DNA of 64,000 nt, from contig BPGJ01000012.1 in NCBI GenBank assembly GCA_026002975.1, positions 4,299 through 68,298 on the forward strand, read 5' to 3'. Both the position numbers and the translations under genes were made by a program. The notes under the pieces were generated by a model. That model ran no database searches. It was not told the DNA's origin and saw only the letters and a list, made by a program, of their open reading frames with translations. The stretch is from Acidimicrobiia bacterium. Its GTDB lineage: Bacteria > Actinomycetota > Acidimicrobiia > Spongiisociales > ZC4RG35. Of this stretch, positions 9,310 to 17,625 are shown piece after piece (the first letter of the stretch is position 1; each line of letters starts with the position of its first letter).

Positions 9310-10656
9310 TCAGTCCCTGCCCAGGTCGGAGAACTTGGTGAATTCGGGCATGAACGTCATCTCGACGGTGCCGGTGGCGCCCGCCCGGTGTTTGGCGACG
9401 ATCACCTCGGCGATGCCTTTCTTCTCCGACGTCTCGTTGTAGTACTCGTCCCGGTAGATGAATATGACGATGTCGGCGTCCTGCTCCAACGACCCCGACT
9501 CCCTGAGGTCCCCCAGACGGGGACGTTTGTCTTCCCGGCTCTCCAGGTTGCGGTTGAGCTGGGAAACGGCGATCACCGGCAGGTCCAACTCCCGGGCCAG
9601 GTTCTTGAGGCCCCGGGAGATGTCGGCTATCTCCTGTTGCCGGTTCTCCCGGGAGGCACCCTGCATGAGCTGCAGGTAGTCGACCACCACCAGGTCGAGC
9701 CCGTGACGCCGCTTGAGACGCCGGCACTTGGCTCTGATCTCGGTGACGGTGAGCACCGGCGAGTCGTCGACGAAGATCGGGGCCTCATACAGCTTCCCGG
9801 CGGCGTCGGTCAGCCTAGGCCAGGCGGTTTCCCCTATCTGGCCGGTCCGGAGCTTCATCGAGTCGATCCGGGCCTCCGAGCACAGCATCCGCTGGGCCAC
9901 CTCCTCCTTCGACATCTCGAGGGAGAAGAACGCCACCGGATGACCCTTGAGGGCGACGTTGGTGCTGATGTTGGCGGCCAACGCCGACTTGCCCATGGAC
10001 GGTCGGGCGGCGACGATCACCAGGTTGGCCGGGTGCAGGCCGGTGAGTTTGCGGTCCAGGTCCTTGAAACCGGTGGACAGCCCGGTGACTTCGGACCCTC
10101 GGGCCTCCAGCTCCTCCAGCTCCTCCAGCGTCGAGAAGAACAGCGGCCCGATCGGCTGGATCCCGTCGCTGAGTTTCCTCCCGGCCACGTCGAGGACCGT
10201 CTGTTCGGCTCGGTCCAACACCGCGGCGATGTCGTCGTCGATCCGCAGCGCCAGGTCGGTTATGGCGGCTCCTGCCCTCAGCAGGTGACGCCGCTGCGAG
10301 TGCTCTTCGACGATCCCGGCGTAGTAGTCGACGTTGGAGACCGATGGAACCACGTCTAGTAGCTGGGTCAGGTAGGTGGCCCCGCCGACCCGTTCGAGTT
10401 CGCCCATCCGGCGGAGTTCTTCGGCCACGGTGACGGCGTCTATCGCCTGGCTGGTGTCGAACAGGTTCCGCACCGCCCGGAAGATCGACTGGTGGGCCGG
10501 GATGTAGAAGTCGTCGGGTTCGAGCCGCCCCATCACCTCGTTGAGGGCGTCGACCGACATCAGGATCGAGCCCAGCACCGACTCCTCGGCCTCCCGGGAG
10601 TGGGGAGGCACCCGTTCCCGGGTCCTCTCCACCCGACGTTCGGACACGGACGTCAT
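9310..10656 (-). CDS. dnaB: Replicative DNA helicase
   Basis: PPHSREAEESVLG, AARPSMGKS, VDYLQL, DLRESGSLEQDAD; no intein. Confidence 0.97.
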   Translation of the reverse strand: MTSVSERRVERTRERVPPHSREAEESVLGSILMSVDALNEVMGRLEPDDFYIPAHQSIFRAVRNLFDTSQAIDAVTVAEELRRMGELERVGGATYLTQLLDVVPSVSNVDYYAGIVEEHSQRRHLLRAGAAITDLALRIDDDIAAVLDRAEQTVLDVAGRKLSDGIQPIGPLFFSTLEELEELEARGSEVTGLSTGFKDLDRKLTGLHPANLVIVAARPSMGKSALAANISTNVALKGHPVAFFSLEMSKEEVAQRMLCSEARIDSMKLRTGQIGETAWPRLTDAAGKLYEAPIFVDDSPVLTVTEIRAKCRRLKRRHGLDLVVVDYLQLMQGASRENRQQEIADISRGLKNLARELDLPVIAVSQLNRNLESREDKRPRLGDLRESGSLEQDADIVIFIYRDEYYNETSEKKGIAEVIVAKHRAGATGTVEMTFMPEFTKFSDLGRD

Positions 10657-10797
10657 CGGCTGCAGCGCTCCTCTCGGTCGCCGATAGAACTACCCGGAGG
10701 GTGTGACACGGCTCCGGGACCCGACCAAACGTAGGTGGTGTCTACCCCACCGCGAAAACCCGACCGGGTCGCCATCGGGGATCCGCGAAAAAAGCCC

Positions 10798-11244
10798 TCA
10801 GGCGGGGATCACGTCGAGGGTGATCGGGAACTCGACGTCCGGGTGGAGGCGGATCCAGACCTCGTGGAGCCCGATCGCCCTGATCGGGGACCTCAGGTCG
10901 ATCTGCTTGCGTTCCAGTTCCACCCCGGTGAACTTCTTGATCCCCTCGATGACGTCGCTCGCGGTCACCGATCCGTACAGCTTGCCTTCGTCGCCGGCTT
11001 GGGCGGCTATGACCACCCGGGTCCCCGCGAGCTGGCTGGCGATCCGTTCGGCCTCCTCCCGGGCACGCCTCTCGGCCGCTTCCCGGATCGCCTTCACCCT
11101 CTCCGCCTCGGCGATGGCCCCCGGGGTCGCCTTGACAGCTTTGCGTTTGGGTAGCAGGTAGTTGCGGGCGTAACCGTCGGAGACCTCGACCACGTCCCCC
11201 TTGCGGCCCAGCTCGTCCACGTCGGCGGTGAGTATGAGCCTCAT
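10798..11244 (-). CDS. rplI: 50S ribosomal protein L9
   Basis: [40 protein letters not shown]. Confidence 0.97.
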   Translation of the reverse strand: MRLILTADVDELGRKGDVVEVSDGYARNYLLPKRKAVKATPGAIAEAERVKAIREAAERRAREEAERIASQLAGTRVVIAAQAGDEGKLYGSVTASDVIEGIKKFTGVELERKQIDLRSPIRAIGLHEVWIRLHPDVEFPITLDVIPA

Positions 11245-11519
11245 TTCACCGACACGTAGGGCAGGAGGGCCATCTCCCGAGCGTTCTTGATGGCCGTGGC
11301 CACCTGACGTTGGTGTCGGGGGCAGTTGCCCGTCACCCGGCGCGCCCGGATCTTGGCCCTGTCCGACATGTACTTGCGGAGCAGGGTGACGTCCTTCCAG
11401 TCGACCTGGGTTATCCCCTCCCGGCAGAAGTGGCACACCCTCTTCTTGGCCCGGCGGGGCTGCGACTCGGGACGGCGTCTCCGCTTCTTGACCTTTACGG
11501 TGTTGCCTTTACGACCCAT
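11241..11519 (-). CDS. rpsR: 30S ribosomal protein S18 (Zn-ribbon C+ form)
   Basis: CHFC...DWKD...[12 protein letters not shown]...AREMALLPY. Confidence 0.97.
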   Translation of the reverse strand: MGRKGNTVKVKKRRRRPESQPRRAKKRVCHFCREGITQVDWKDVTLLRKYMSDRAKIRARRVTGNCPRHQRQVATAIKNAREMALLPYVSVK

Positions 11520-11531
11520 GGATCTCCTCCT

Positions 11532-11969
11532 CTAGAACGGCGCCTCGTCGGGTCCGTAGTCGTCCCGGGCGACGGGGGCTGGGGCGGGCTGGGAGGCGAA
11601 GTCGCCCCCCGAGCGGGTGGTGCGGGTGACGCTGGCGGTCGCCCAGCGGAGGCTGGGACCGATCTCGTCGATCTGCACCTCCACCACCGAGCGGCGGTCG
11701 CCGTCTGGGGTCTCCCAGGAACGCTGCTCCAGCCGCCCGGTCAGGATCACCCGGGTGCCTTTGCTCAGCGACTCGGCGACGGCTTCGGCCTGCTCCCTCC
11801 ACACGGTGCCGGTGAAGAAGCTCGTGTCTTCCTGCCATTCGCCGTTCTGGTCGCGCCACCTCCGGTTGACGGCGATCCGCAGTCGAGCCATCGGCACCCC
11901 CGACGGGGTGAACCGCAGCTCCGGGTCGTCGACCAGGTTCCCTACCAGGGTTACGTTGTTGGTGGACAT
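11532..11969 (-). CDS. ssb: Single-stranded DNA-binding protein
   Basis: GNLVDDPELRFTPSG, acidic tail DEAPF. Confidence 0.97.
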   Translation of the reverse strand: MSTNNVTLVGNLVDDPELRFTPSGVPMARLRIAVNRRWRDQNGEWQEDTSFFTGTVWREQAEAVAESLSKGTRVILTGRLEQRSWETPDGDRRSVVEVQIDEIGPSLRWATASVTRTTRSGGDFASQPAPAPVARDDYGPDEAPF

Positions 11970-12028
11970 GGGCGCTCCCTTCCCTCTGGCTTACGCCCCT
12001 TATATGCCATCCGGATGTGACTTTCCAG

Positions 12029-12316
12029 TCAGTCGCCGGGACGGACGATCTTGTGGCGGACCACCTCGTCGGCCAGGGCCAGCGCCCTGTCCAGCTCGGC
12101 GACCGCGGGCGGCTCCGCTTCGAAGGTGACCACCGCGTAGTAGCCCTCGCTCAGGTGGTCGATCTCGTAGGCGAAGCGGCGTTTGCCCCAGAAATCGGTG
12201 TTCTTGACCACTCCACCCCGGCCTGCCAACAGCTCTTCCATCTTCTTGAGATGGGCCCGGACCTGCTCTTCGGGCAGCTCGGGACGGTGAATGGTCATCA
12301 GTTCGTAGGTTCGCAT
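12029..12316 (-). CDS. rpsF: 30S ribosomal protein S6
   Basis: MRTYELMTI, WGKRRFAYEI, EGYY; RBS AGGAGG. Confidence 0.96.
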   Translation of the reverse strand: MRTYELMTIHRPELPEEQVRAHLKKMEELLAGRGGVVKNTDFWGKRRFAYEIDHLSEGYYAVVTFEAEPPAVAELDRALALADEVVRHKIVRPGD

Positions 12317-12392
12317 CTTCCTCCTGTGGACATCCTTGCGGAAGGCCCCGCCTCGGGTGGCGGAGCAGGGGAGTGGGTCTGTCGACGCCGAG
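12317..12392 (-). promoter_or_regulatory. Structured rpsF leader, candidate S6:S18 autoregulatory RNA
   Basis: -10 TAGACT at 12397-12402; CCC followed by CTCC-CCTG able to pair with the SD region CAGGAGG; two inner hairpins. Confidence 0.4.
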
Positions 12393-12423
12393 CCGGAGTC
12401 TAGCGGCCCCCGAGGCCGACACG

Positions 12424-12951
12424 TCAGGGGATCCGGAGGGGGCCCGGCTCCACGACACCCGCGGGCACCTCGAGGGCGTACGTGTAGGGAGTCGACGGCT
12501 GATAGACCGGGCATGGTTCGGCCCGGCAGGGCTCCATCCGGAGCGTCTCGAGGTGGGTTCCGTCCTGGTCGAAGACCAGCAGGTCCAACGTCAGCGGCGT
12601 GTTGCGCATGGTGAAAGCGGCGTTCACCTCCTCTCCCGACCAGGTGAACAACATGCCGTCGACCTCACCCAGGTCGTCGACACCCATCAGGCCACGGGCC
12701 CGCTCGTCGGGGTCGTCGGCGACCGCCACGGTGAGTTCTCTCCCCCCCAGCTGGATCGACCTGATCTCGAACCCGCCATCCTGGAGGTCTCCCACATCTG
12801 GGGAAGACACCTCGGTCGTCGAGGACTTTGCGACCACGGTCGAGGCGGTGGTCTGCGGGTTGGGGGTTGACGCGGCCGGTGAGGGAGGGGTCTCCGGGTC
12901 GCAGGCCGCGATCAGGAAGACGATGAGACAGAACGCAGTTTTCCAGCCGAT
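12424..12951 (-). CDS. DUF192-domain lipoprotein (start codon uncertain)
   Basis: Lipobox LIAAC, linker, then VAVADDPDERARGLM..GMLF..FTMRNT..LDLLVFD..ALEV. Confidence 0.8.
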   Translation of the reverse strand: MGWKTAFCLIVFLIAACDPETPPSPAASTPNPQTTASTVVAKSSTTEVSSPDVGDLQDGGFEIRSIQLGGRELTVAVADDPDERARGLMGVDDLGEVDGMLFTWSGEEVNAAFTMRNTPLTLDLLVFDQDGTHLETLRMEPCRAEPCPVYQPSTPYTYALEVPAGVVEPGPLRIP

Positions 12952-13796
12952 GACTCGACCTCCTCCAGAGCGACCACCAGGTCGGCCGACCCGTGGTAGG
13001 TCTCGGCCTCCCCGGGGAAGCCGCCGCCCTTCACGTCCTCGGCGTAGCGTCGCAGGGCTTCGATCGCGGCCGACCGCAGATCGGCGTAGGTACGCACGAA
13101 CTTGGGTCGGTGGCCGTCGCCCAATCCCAGCAGGTCGTGGAACACCAGCACCTGCCCGTCGGTGGCCGGGCCGGCTCCGATCCCGATGGTGGGGACCGCC
13201 ACTTCTTGGGTGATCACCCGGGCCAGGACGTCGGGGATGCCTTCCAACACGATTGCGAACACCCCGGCACGGTCGAGGGCCCGGGCATCGCCGATGAGCT
13301 GTCGGGCTTCGTCGGGGAGCCGACCCTGGACCCGGTAGCCGCCCATGGCGTGGACCGACTGCGGGGTCAGACCCAGGTGGCCCATCACCGGGATCTCGGC
13401 GTCGAGGATCCGTTCCAACACCGGGAGCCGCTTCTCGCCGCCCTCCAGCTTCACCGCCTCGGCGCCTCCCTCCCGCACCAGCCGACCCGCGTTGCGGACC
13501 GCGTCCTCCGGGGTGGTGTGGTAGCTCATCCACGGCATGTCGACCACCACCAGGCTGTGGGGTCGGGCCCGCTGCACCGCCCGGGCATGGACGATCATCA
13601 CCTCCAGGTCGACCTCCAGGGTGGACTCCATCCCGTGGACCACGTTGGCGACCGAGTCGCCCACCAGGATGATGTCGATACCGGCCGCCGAGGCGATCGA
13701 CGCAGAAGGGTGGTCGTAGGCGGTGACCATGGTGATCTTCTCCCCGCCCTTGCGGGCGCGGATCTGGGGGACGGTCACCTTCGGATTTGTCCCCAT
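12912..13796 (-). CDS. panB: 3-methyl-2-oxobutanoate hydroxymethyltransferase
   Basis: TAYD, ILVGDS, VKLEGG, MGHLGLTPQS, IGIGAG, DGQVLV. Confidence 0.96.
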   Translation of the reverse strand: MGTNPKVTVPQIRARKGGEKITMVTAYDHPSASIASAAGIDIILVGDSVANVVHGMESTLEVDLEVMIVHARAVQRARPHSLVVVDMPWMSYHTTPEDAVRNAGRLVREGGAEAVKLEGGEKRLPVLERILDAEIPVMGHLGLTPQSVHAMGGYRVQGRLPDEARQLIGDARALDRAGVFAIVLEGIPDVLARVITQEVAVPTIGIGAGPATDGQVLVFHDLLGLGDGHRPKFVRTYADLRSAAIEALRRYAEDVKGGGFPGEAETYHGSADLVVALEEVESSAGKLRSVSSSS

Positions 13797-13911
13797 GGTT
13801 CGCTCCTCTCTCCCCACCCGGCGGGTTGGGGGACGTCGGCGTTTCGAACTCGAATCTTCGGAAACCCGGGCCTCGGCCGCCGCAGGGGTCGCCCGTGCCT
13901 CAGGGGGGATG

Positions 13912-14328
13912 TTACTCCTCGCAGCCGACCTCAGCCCGGGGCCAGCGTTCGGCTCGACCGTCGGGCAGCCGGATGTAGAGGTAGTCGCTGCGGTCCGGCC
14001 CCACGTAGATCTCGCGGCCGGCGTGGGTGATCCCGGTGGGTTCGGCTTGGGAGGGCACCGAGTCCAGCACCGCGAACTCCAGCACCGACCCGTCGACCGG
14101 CGACGTGAGGGTACCGAGCTGGCCCCACGGGTCCTTGGCGTACTTGTCGCCGAAGAACTCCAGGAACACCACCCGCTCCTGGTTGCAGGCCACGAAACCG
14201 TCGTATTCGATCACCTCCGAACCGAGCAGGCGCCTCCCGTTGGCGTCGACCCACGGGCCCCGCTGGTTGAAGGTGCACCCGGCCAGGAGGAGCGCGAGCA
14301 TCCCCACCGCCAGGCGACGGGACCTCAT
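13912..14328 (-). CDS. Hypothetical lipoprotein
   Basis: MRSRRLAVGMLALLLAGC lipobox; ATGA overlap with the nfo stop. Confidence 0.75.
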   Translation of the reverse strand: MRSRRLAVGMLALLLAGCTFNQRGPWVDANGRRLLGSEVIEYDGFVACNQERVVFLEFFGDKYAKDPWGQLGTLTSPVDGSVLEFAVLDSVPSQAEPTGITHAGREIYVGPDRSDYLYIRLPDGRAERWPRAEVGCEE

Positions 14329-15089
14329 CCCAGCGCCTCGCGCACCCACGCTATGTCGGCCGCCTGTTCCGCCGGTCCTCCCGGGGTCTCCACCACCACC
14401 GGCGCCTCCACCTTCCTGAGGACCGCGGCGAGCACTTCGGAGGGGATCTTGCCCGAACCCAGGTTGGCGTGGCGGTCCCGTCTCGAATCGAACGGGTCCC
14501 GGGAGTCGTTGCAGTGGATCAGGTCGATCCGTCCGGTCGCTTCCAGCAGCCGCTCGACCACCTCCTCCAGCGGTTCGCCGCCCGCCCAGGCGTGGCAGGT
14601 GTCGAGGACGAAACCCACGTCGAGGTCGCCTATCTCCTCCCACAGTCGTCGGATGCTTTCCACCCGGCGCGCCACCGCTCCTTCGCCCGATGCCGTGTTC
14701 TCGATCAGCACCGGCACCTCGGTGTCGAGTAGCTCGAGGGCCCTCCTCCACCGTCCGTACGCCTCCGACAGATCCCCGTCGGTCACGTGGCCGCCGTGGA
14801 CCACCACCCCCGCGGCTCCCACCTCGGCCGCCGCGTCGCAGGTGTCCTGGAGGATCCGGCGGGAAGGGATGCGGATCCGGTTGTTCTCCGACACCACGTT
14901 GACCAGATAGGGCGCATGGACGTACAGGGCTACCGGAGAGGAGCGAAGAGCCTGGGCGTCTTCCCGGGGTTTGGGCTTCTTCCAAGACTGCGGGTTGGAC
15001 AGGAACACCTGTACCAGATCGGCACCTCTCGCCGCCGCCTCCGCCAACGGGTCGGCGGCCGGGGTGTGGGCCCCCACCCTGCGGGTCAT
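14325..15089 (-). CDS. nfo: Endonuclease IV (AP endonuclease family 2)
   Basis: HAPYLVN, IENTA, LDTCH, HCNDS..DRHAN, ETP. Confidence 0.92.
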   Translation of the reverse strand: MTRRVGAHTPAADPLAEAAARGADLVQVFLSNPQSWKKPKPREDAQALRSSPVALYVHAPYLVNVVSENNRIRIPSRRILQDTCDAAAEVGAAGVVVHGGHVTDGDLSEAYGRWRRALELLDTEVPVLIENTASGEGAVARRVESIRRLWEEIGDLDVGFVLDTCHAWAGGEPLEEVVERLLEATGRIDLIHCNDSRDPFDSRRDRHANLGSGKIPSEVLAAVLRKVEAPVVVETPGGPAEQAADIAWVREALG

Positions 15090-15655
15090 GCATCCTCCCG
15101 GCTCGCGCGTGCCGAGGCGACCGCGATGTCGACCATCTGGGACGCGACCCGGTCGGGAGGTAGCTCCCAGTCGGAGGCGAAGATCCCCAGGGTCTTCTGG
15201 TCCACCCATCGAGCTCCCCAAGGGTCGGCCGGCAGCGACCCGGGGTTCATCGGTCTGATCCAGAGGATCGGCTGGCGGGTGCCTTCGTCGTCGAGGACGT
15301 CGGCCCCCACGTCGTCGACCTCGTCCCAACTCAGGTGGACTGGGGGCCGGAACGGGCCACCCAGTTTCAGGCGTACCCCGTCCCGGTCGGCCCGCAGCAG
15401 CACGGTGGGGAACAGCAGCTCCTTCAGCGACCACACCGCCAGTCCGACCCCTACCGCGAGCATCACCACCGCCCACACCACGTCCCGTGGCTCCAGGAGC
15501 TGGGTGTCGTCGGGGCGGAACAGCAGCCCGCGGAGGGCGTCGGTGATCCGACGGCGGCCCACTACGTCGAGACCCAGCACCACCAGGGGGACCGACCCCA
15601 ACGCCACCAGCCACATCCGTACGGCCGAGCGACGAACGACGAGTTTCGCGGTCAT
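15086..15655 (-). CDS. Hypothetical 2-TM membrane protein
   Basis: Two hydrophobic segments; translationally coupled to pyrE and nfo. Confidence 0.7.
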   Translation of the reverse strand: MTAKLVVRRSAVRMWLVALGSVPLVVLGLDVVGRRRITDALRGLLFRPDDTQLLEPRDVVWAVVMLAVGVGLAVWSLKELLFPTVLLRADRDGVRLKLGGPFRPPVHLSWDEVDDVGADVLDDEGTRQPILWIRPMNPGSLPADPWGARWVDQKTLGIFASDWELPPDRVASQMVDIAVASARASREDA

Positions 15656-16191
15656 CAGACTCCCAGGTCGTCGGGTCCGACCAACCCGACGAAGGGTATT
15701 CCCAGCTCTTCGAAACGCCGAGCCACCCGACCGGCCGACCGGTCGACCAGCGCGACTCCCTGGATGACTCTCAGCCCTTCGGCGGTGGCCACCTCGACTG
15801 CCTCGATCAGAGCCCCGCCCGTGGTCACGGTGTCGTCCACCACCGCCACCACGTCGCCCTCCCGAACCGGGCCTACCAGCCTGCCCCCGGTGCCGTGGTC
15901 CTTGGCGGCCTTGCGGACCGAGAACGCCCTGAGCGGCCGGCCCCGTCGTGAAGCCTCCACCGCGGTGGAGATCGCGACGGGGTCGGCCCCCATCGTCATG
16001 CCTCCGATGGCGGCCACATCGGGGTGCAGCACCTCGAGGACGGCTTCGGCCACCAGTAGGGCTCCGCGGCCGTCGAACGTGGTCTGGCGGGCGTCCACGT
16101 AGTAGTGGGAGACCTCGCCCGACCGGAGGCGAAAAGGCCCGTCGGTACGCAGCGCATGGGTGCGCAGGTGAGCGACCAGTTCTCGGGTCAT
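15655..16191 (-). CDS. pyrE: Orotate phosphoribosyltransferase
   Basis: FRLRSGEVSHYYVDAR, VRKAAKDHG, VDDTVTTGG. Confidence 0.93.
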   Translation of the reverse strand: MTRELVAHLRTHALRTDGPFRLRSGEVSHYYVDARQTTFDGRGALLVAEAVLEVLHPDVAAIGGMTMGADPVAISTAVEASRRGRPLRAFSVRKAAKDHGTGGRLVGPVREGDVVAVVDDTVTTGGALIEAVEVATAEGLRVIQGVALVDRSAGRVARRFEELGIPFVGLVGPDDLGV

Positions 16192-16251
16192 CGGTGGGGA
16201 GGGTAGGCGCCCGAGGGCCCCGTCTACAGTGCCGGCGGCGAGAGGAAACCG

Positions 16252-16638
16252 ATGGGCGCCGGAGTGTCGATAACCCGAAGAGTGGCCTGGGTCGACACCG
16301 ACGCGGCGGGGATCTGGCACCACTCGACCGTGGTCCGGTGGACGGAGGAAGCCGAGGCGGAGCTCCACCGTGACCTGGGCATCATCGGTGAGACTTTCGG
16401 TCGGACGCCCCGGGTGTCGGTGTCGTTCGAGTTCCGGAAGCCGCTCGCCTTCGACGACGAGGTGCGGGTGGATCTGGTGGTGTCGGAGCTGGGGAGGACC
16501 TCCGTCACCTACACGATCTCGGTGTTCCACGACGGAGCGTTGGCGGTCGAGGGAACCATGAAGGCCGTCCTGGTCGACCCGCAGACGGGACGCCCCCGAC
16601 CTTGGCCCGAGCATCTGCGCGCCCGCCTGGCGGGGTAG
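16252..16638 (+). CDS. 4HBT-like acyl-CoA thioesterase
   Basis: VAWVDTDAAGIWHHS, hot-dog fold pattern GRTSVTY. Confidence 0.88.
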   Translation: MGAGVSITRRVAWVDTDAAGIWHHSTVVRWTEEAEAELHRDLGIIGETFGRTPRVSVSFEFRKPLAFDDEVRVDLVVSELGRTSVTYTISVFHDGALAVEGTMKAVLVDPQTGRPRPWPEHLRARLAG

Positions 16639-16650
16639 GCTCCAACCGCG

Positions 16651-16803
16651 ATGAGTCGGCCCGAACCCCGCTGGGTGATCGAGAATTGGCGGCGCTCTCC
16701 TCTCCCCCTCCGGGAGAAGCTGGCGTTGGTGTTCCGCAACAACCTGATCAAGGCGAAACGTCGGTCGTCCTGTTGCGGACATCCGGGCGAGCCGGGCTGT
16801 TGA
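16651..16803 (+). CDS. Unannotated 50-aa protein ending CCGHPGEPGC
   Basis: MSRPEPRWVIENWRRSPLPLREKLALVFRNNLIKAKRRSSCCGHPGEPGC*; fills the gap after the thioesterase. Confidence 0.75.
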   Translation: MSRPEPRWVIENWRRSPLPLREKLALVFRNNLIKAKRRSSCCGHPGEPGC

Positions 16804-16844
16804 ATGGGTCCCGAGGGCGACTCCCGGGAGGAGTCGGAGGGGAC

Positions 16845-17615
16845 CTAGCGGCCGAAGCGGCGTTCCCGCCTGGTGTAGTCGCGCAGCGCCCGGAGGAAGT
16901 CGACCCGGCGGAAGGCGGGCCAGTACACGTCGACGAAGACGAACTCGGCGTAGGCCGATTGCCACAGCAGGAATCCCGACAGCCTGGACTCACCCGAGGT
17001 GCGTATCACCAGGTCGACGTCGCCCAGGTCGGCGGAATACAGGTGGGCTGCGATCCCCTCCGCGTCGATCCGGTCTGCCATCTGCTCGGCGGGAACGCCT
17101 TCACCGGCGAGGCGCGCCACCAGGTCGCGGCAGGCGTCGACGATCTCCTGTCGGCCCCCGTAGCCCACCGCGATGGTGAGGTGCCGGTTCCCGTCGGCGC
17201 AGACCTCGGCGGCCCGCTTGGCGGCCTCCACCACCCGGTCGGGCAGCAGATCCAGACTGCCGATGAACCGCACCTTCATCCCGTGCCGCCGGCAGGTGGC
17301 GGGTAGACGGTCGAACAGCTCGGTCAGCACGTCGAAGTAGGGCTCCAGCTCGTCACGGGGCCGTTCCAGGTTCTCCTTCGAGAGGAGCCACCCGGTGATC
17401 GCCGGTATGTCCAGCTCCTCCGTCCAGCCGATGAACTCCTCGAACCGGCGCATCCCCGCCCGGTAGCTGTCGGTGTAGGAGGCGAGCCCCTCGGAGCGGG
17501 CGTACCGTCGATGCCCGTCGAGGATGATCCCCACGTGTCGGGGGAAACGGCTGCGGTCCAGGGAGGCGAGCAGCCGGTTCTCGTAGAGGCGGTAGACCAG
17601 ATCGACGGGCCGCAC
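16845..17615 (-). CDS. uppS: cis-Isoprenyl transferase (UppS family)
   Basis: PRHVGIILDGHRR, GYGGRQEI, IRTSGESRLSGFLLWQ. Confidence 0.92.
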   Translation of the reverse strand: MRPVDLVYRLYENRLLASLDRSRFPRHVGIILDGHRRYARSEGLASYTDSYRAGMRRFEEFIGWTEELDIPAITGWLLSKENLERPRDELEPYFDVLTELFDRLPATCRRHGMKVRFIGSLDLLPDRVVEAAKRAAEVCADGNRHLTIAVGYGGRQEIVDACRDLVARLAGEGVPAEQMADRIDAEGIAAHLYSADLGDVDLVIRTSGESRLSGFLLWQSAYAEFVFVDVYWPAFRRVDFLRALRDYTRRERRFGR

Positions 17616-17625
17616 CGTTTCGATG

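Noticed and set aside
9310-10656. Intein in dnaB (gyrA and gyrB also checked)
   Set aside because: Lengths are normal and motifs are contiguous.
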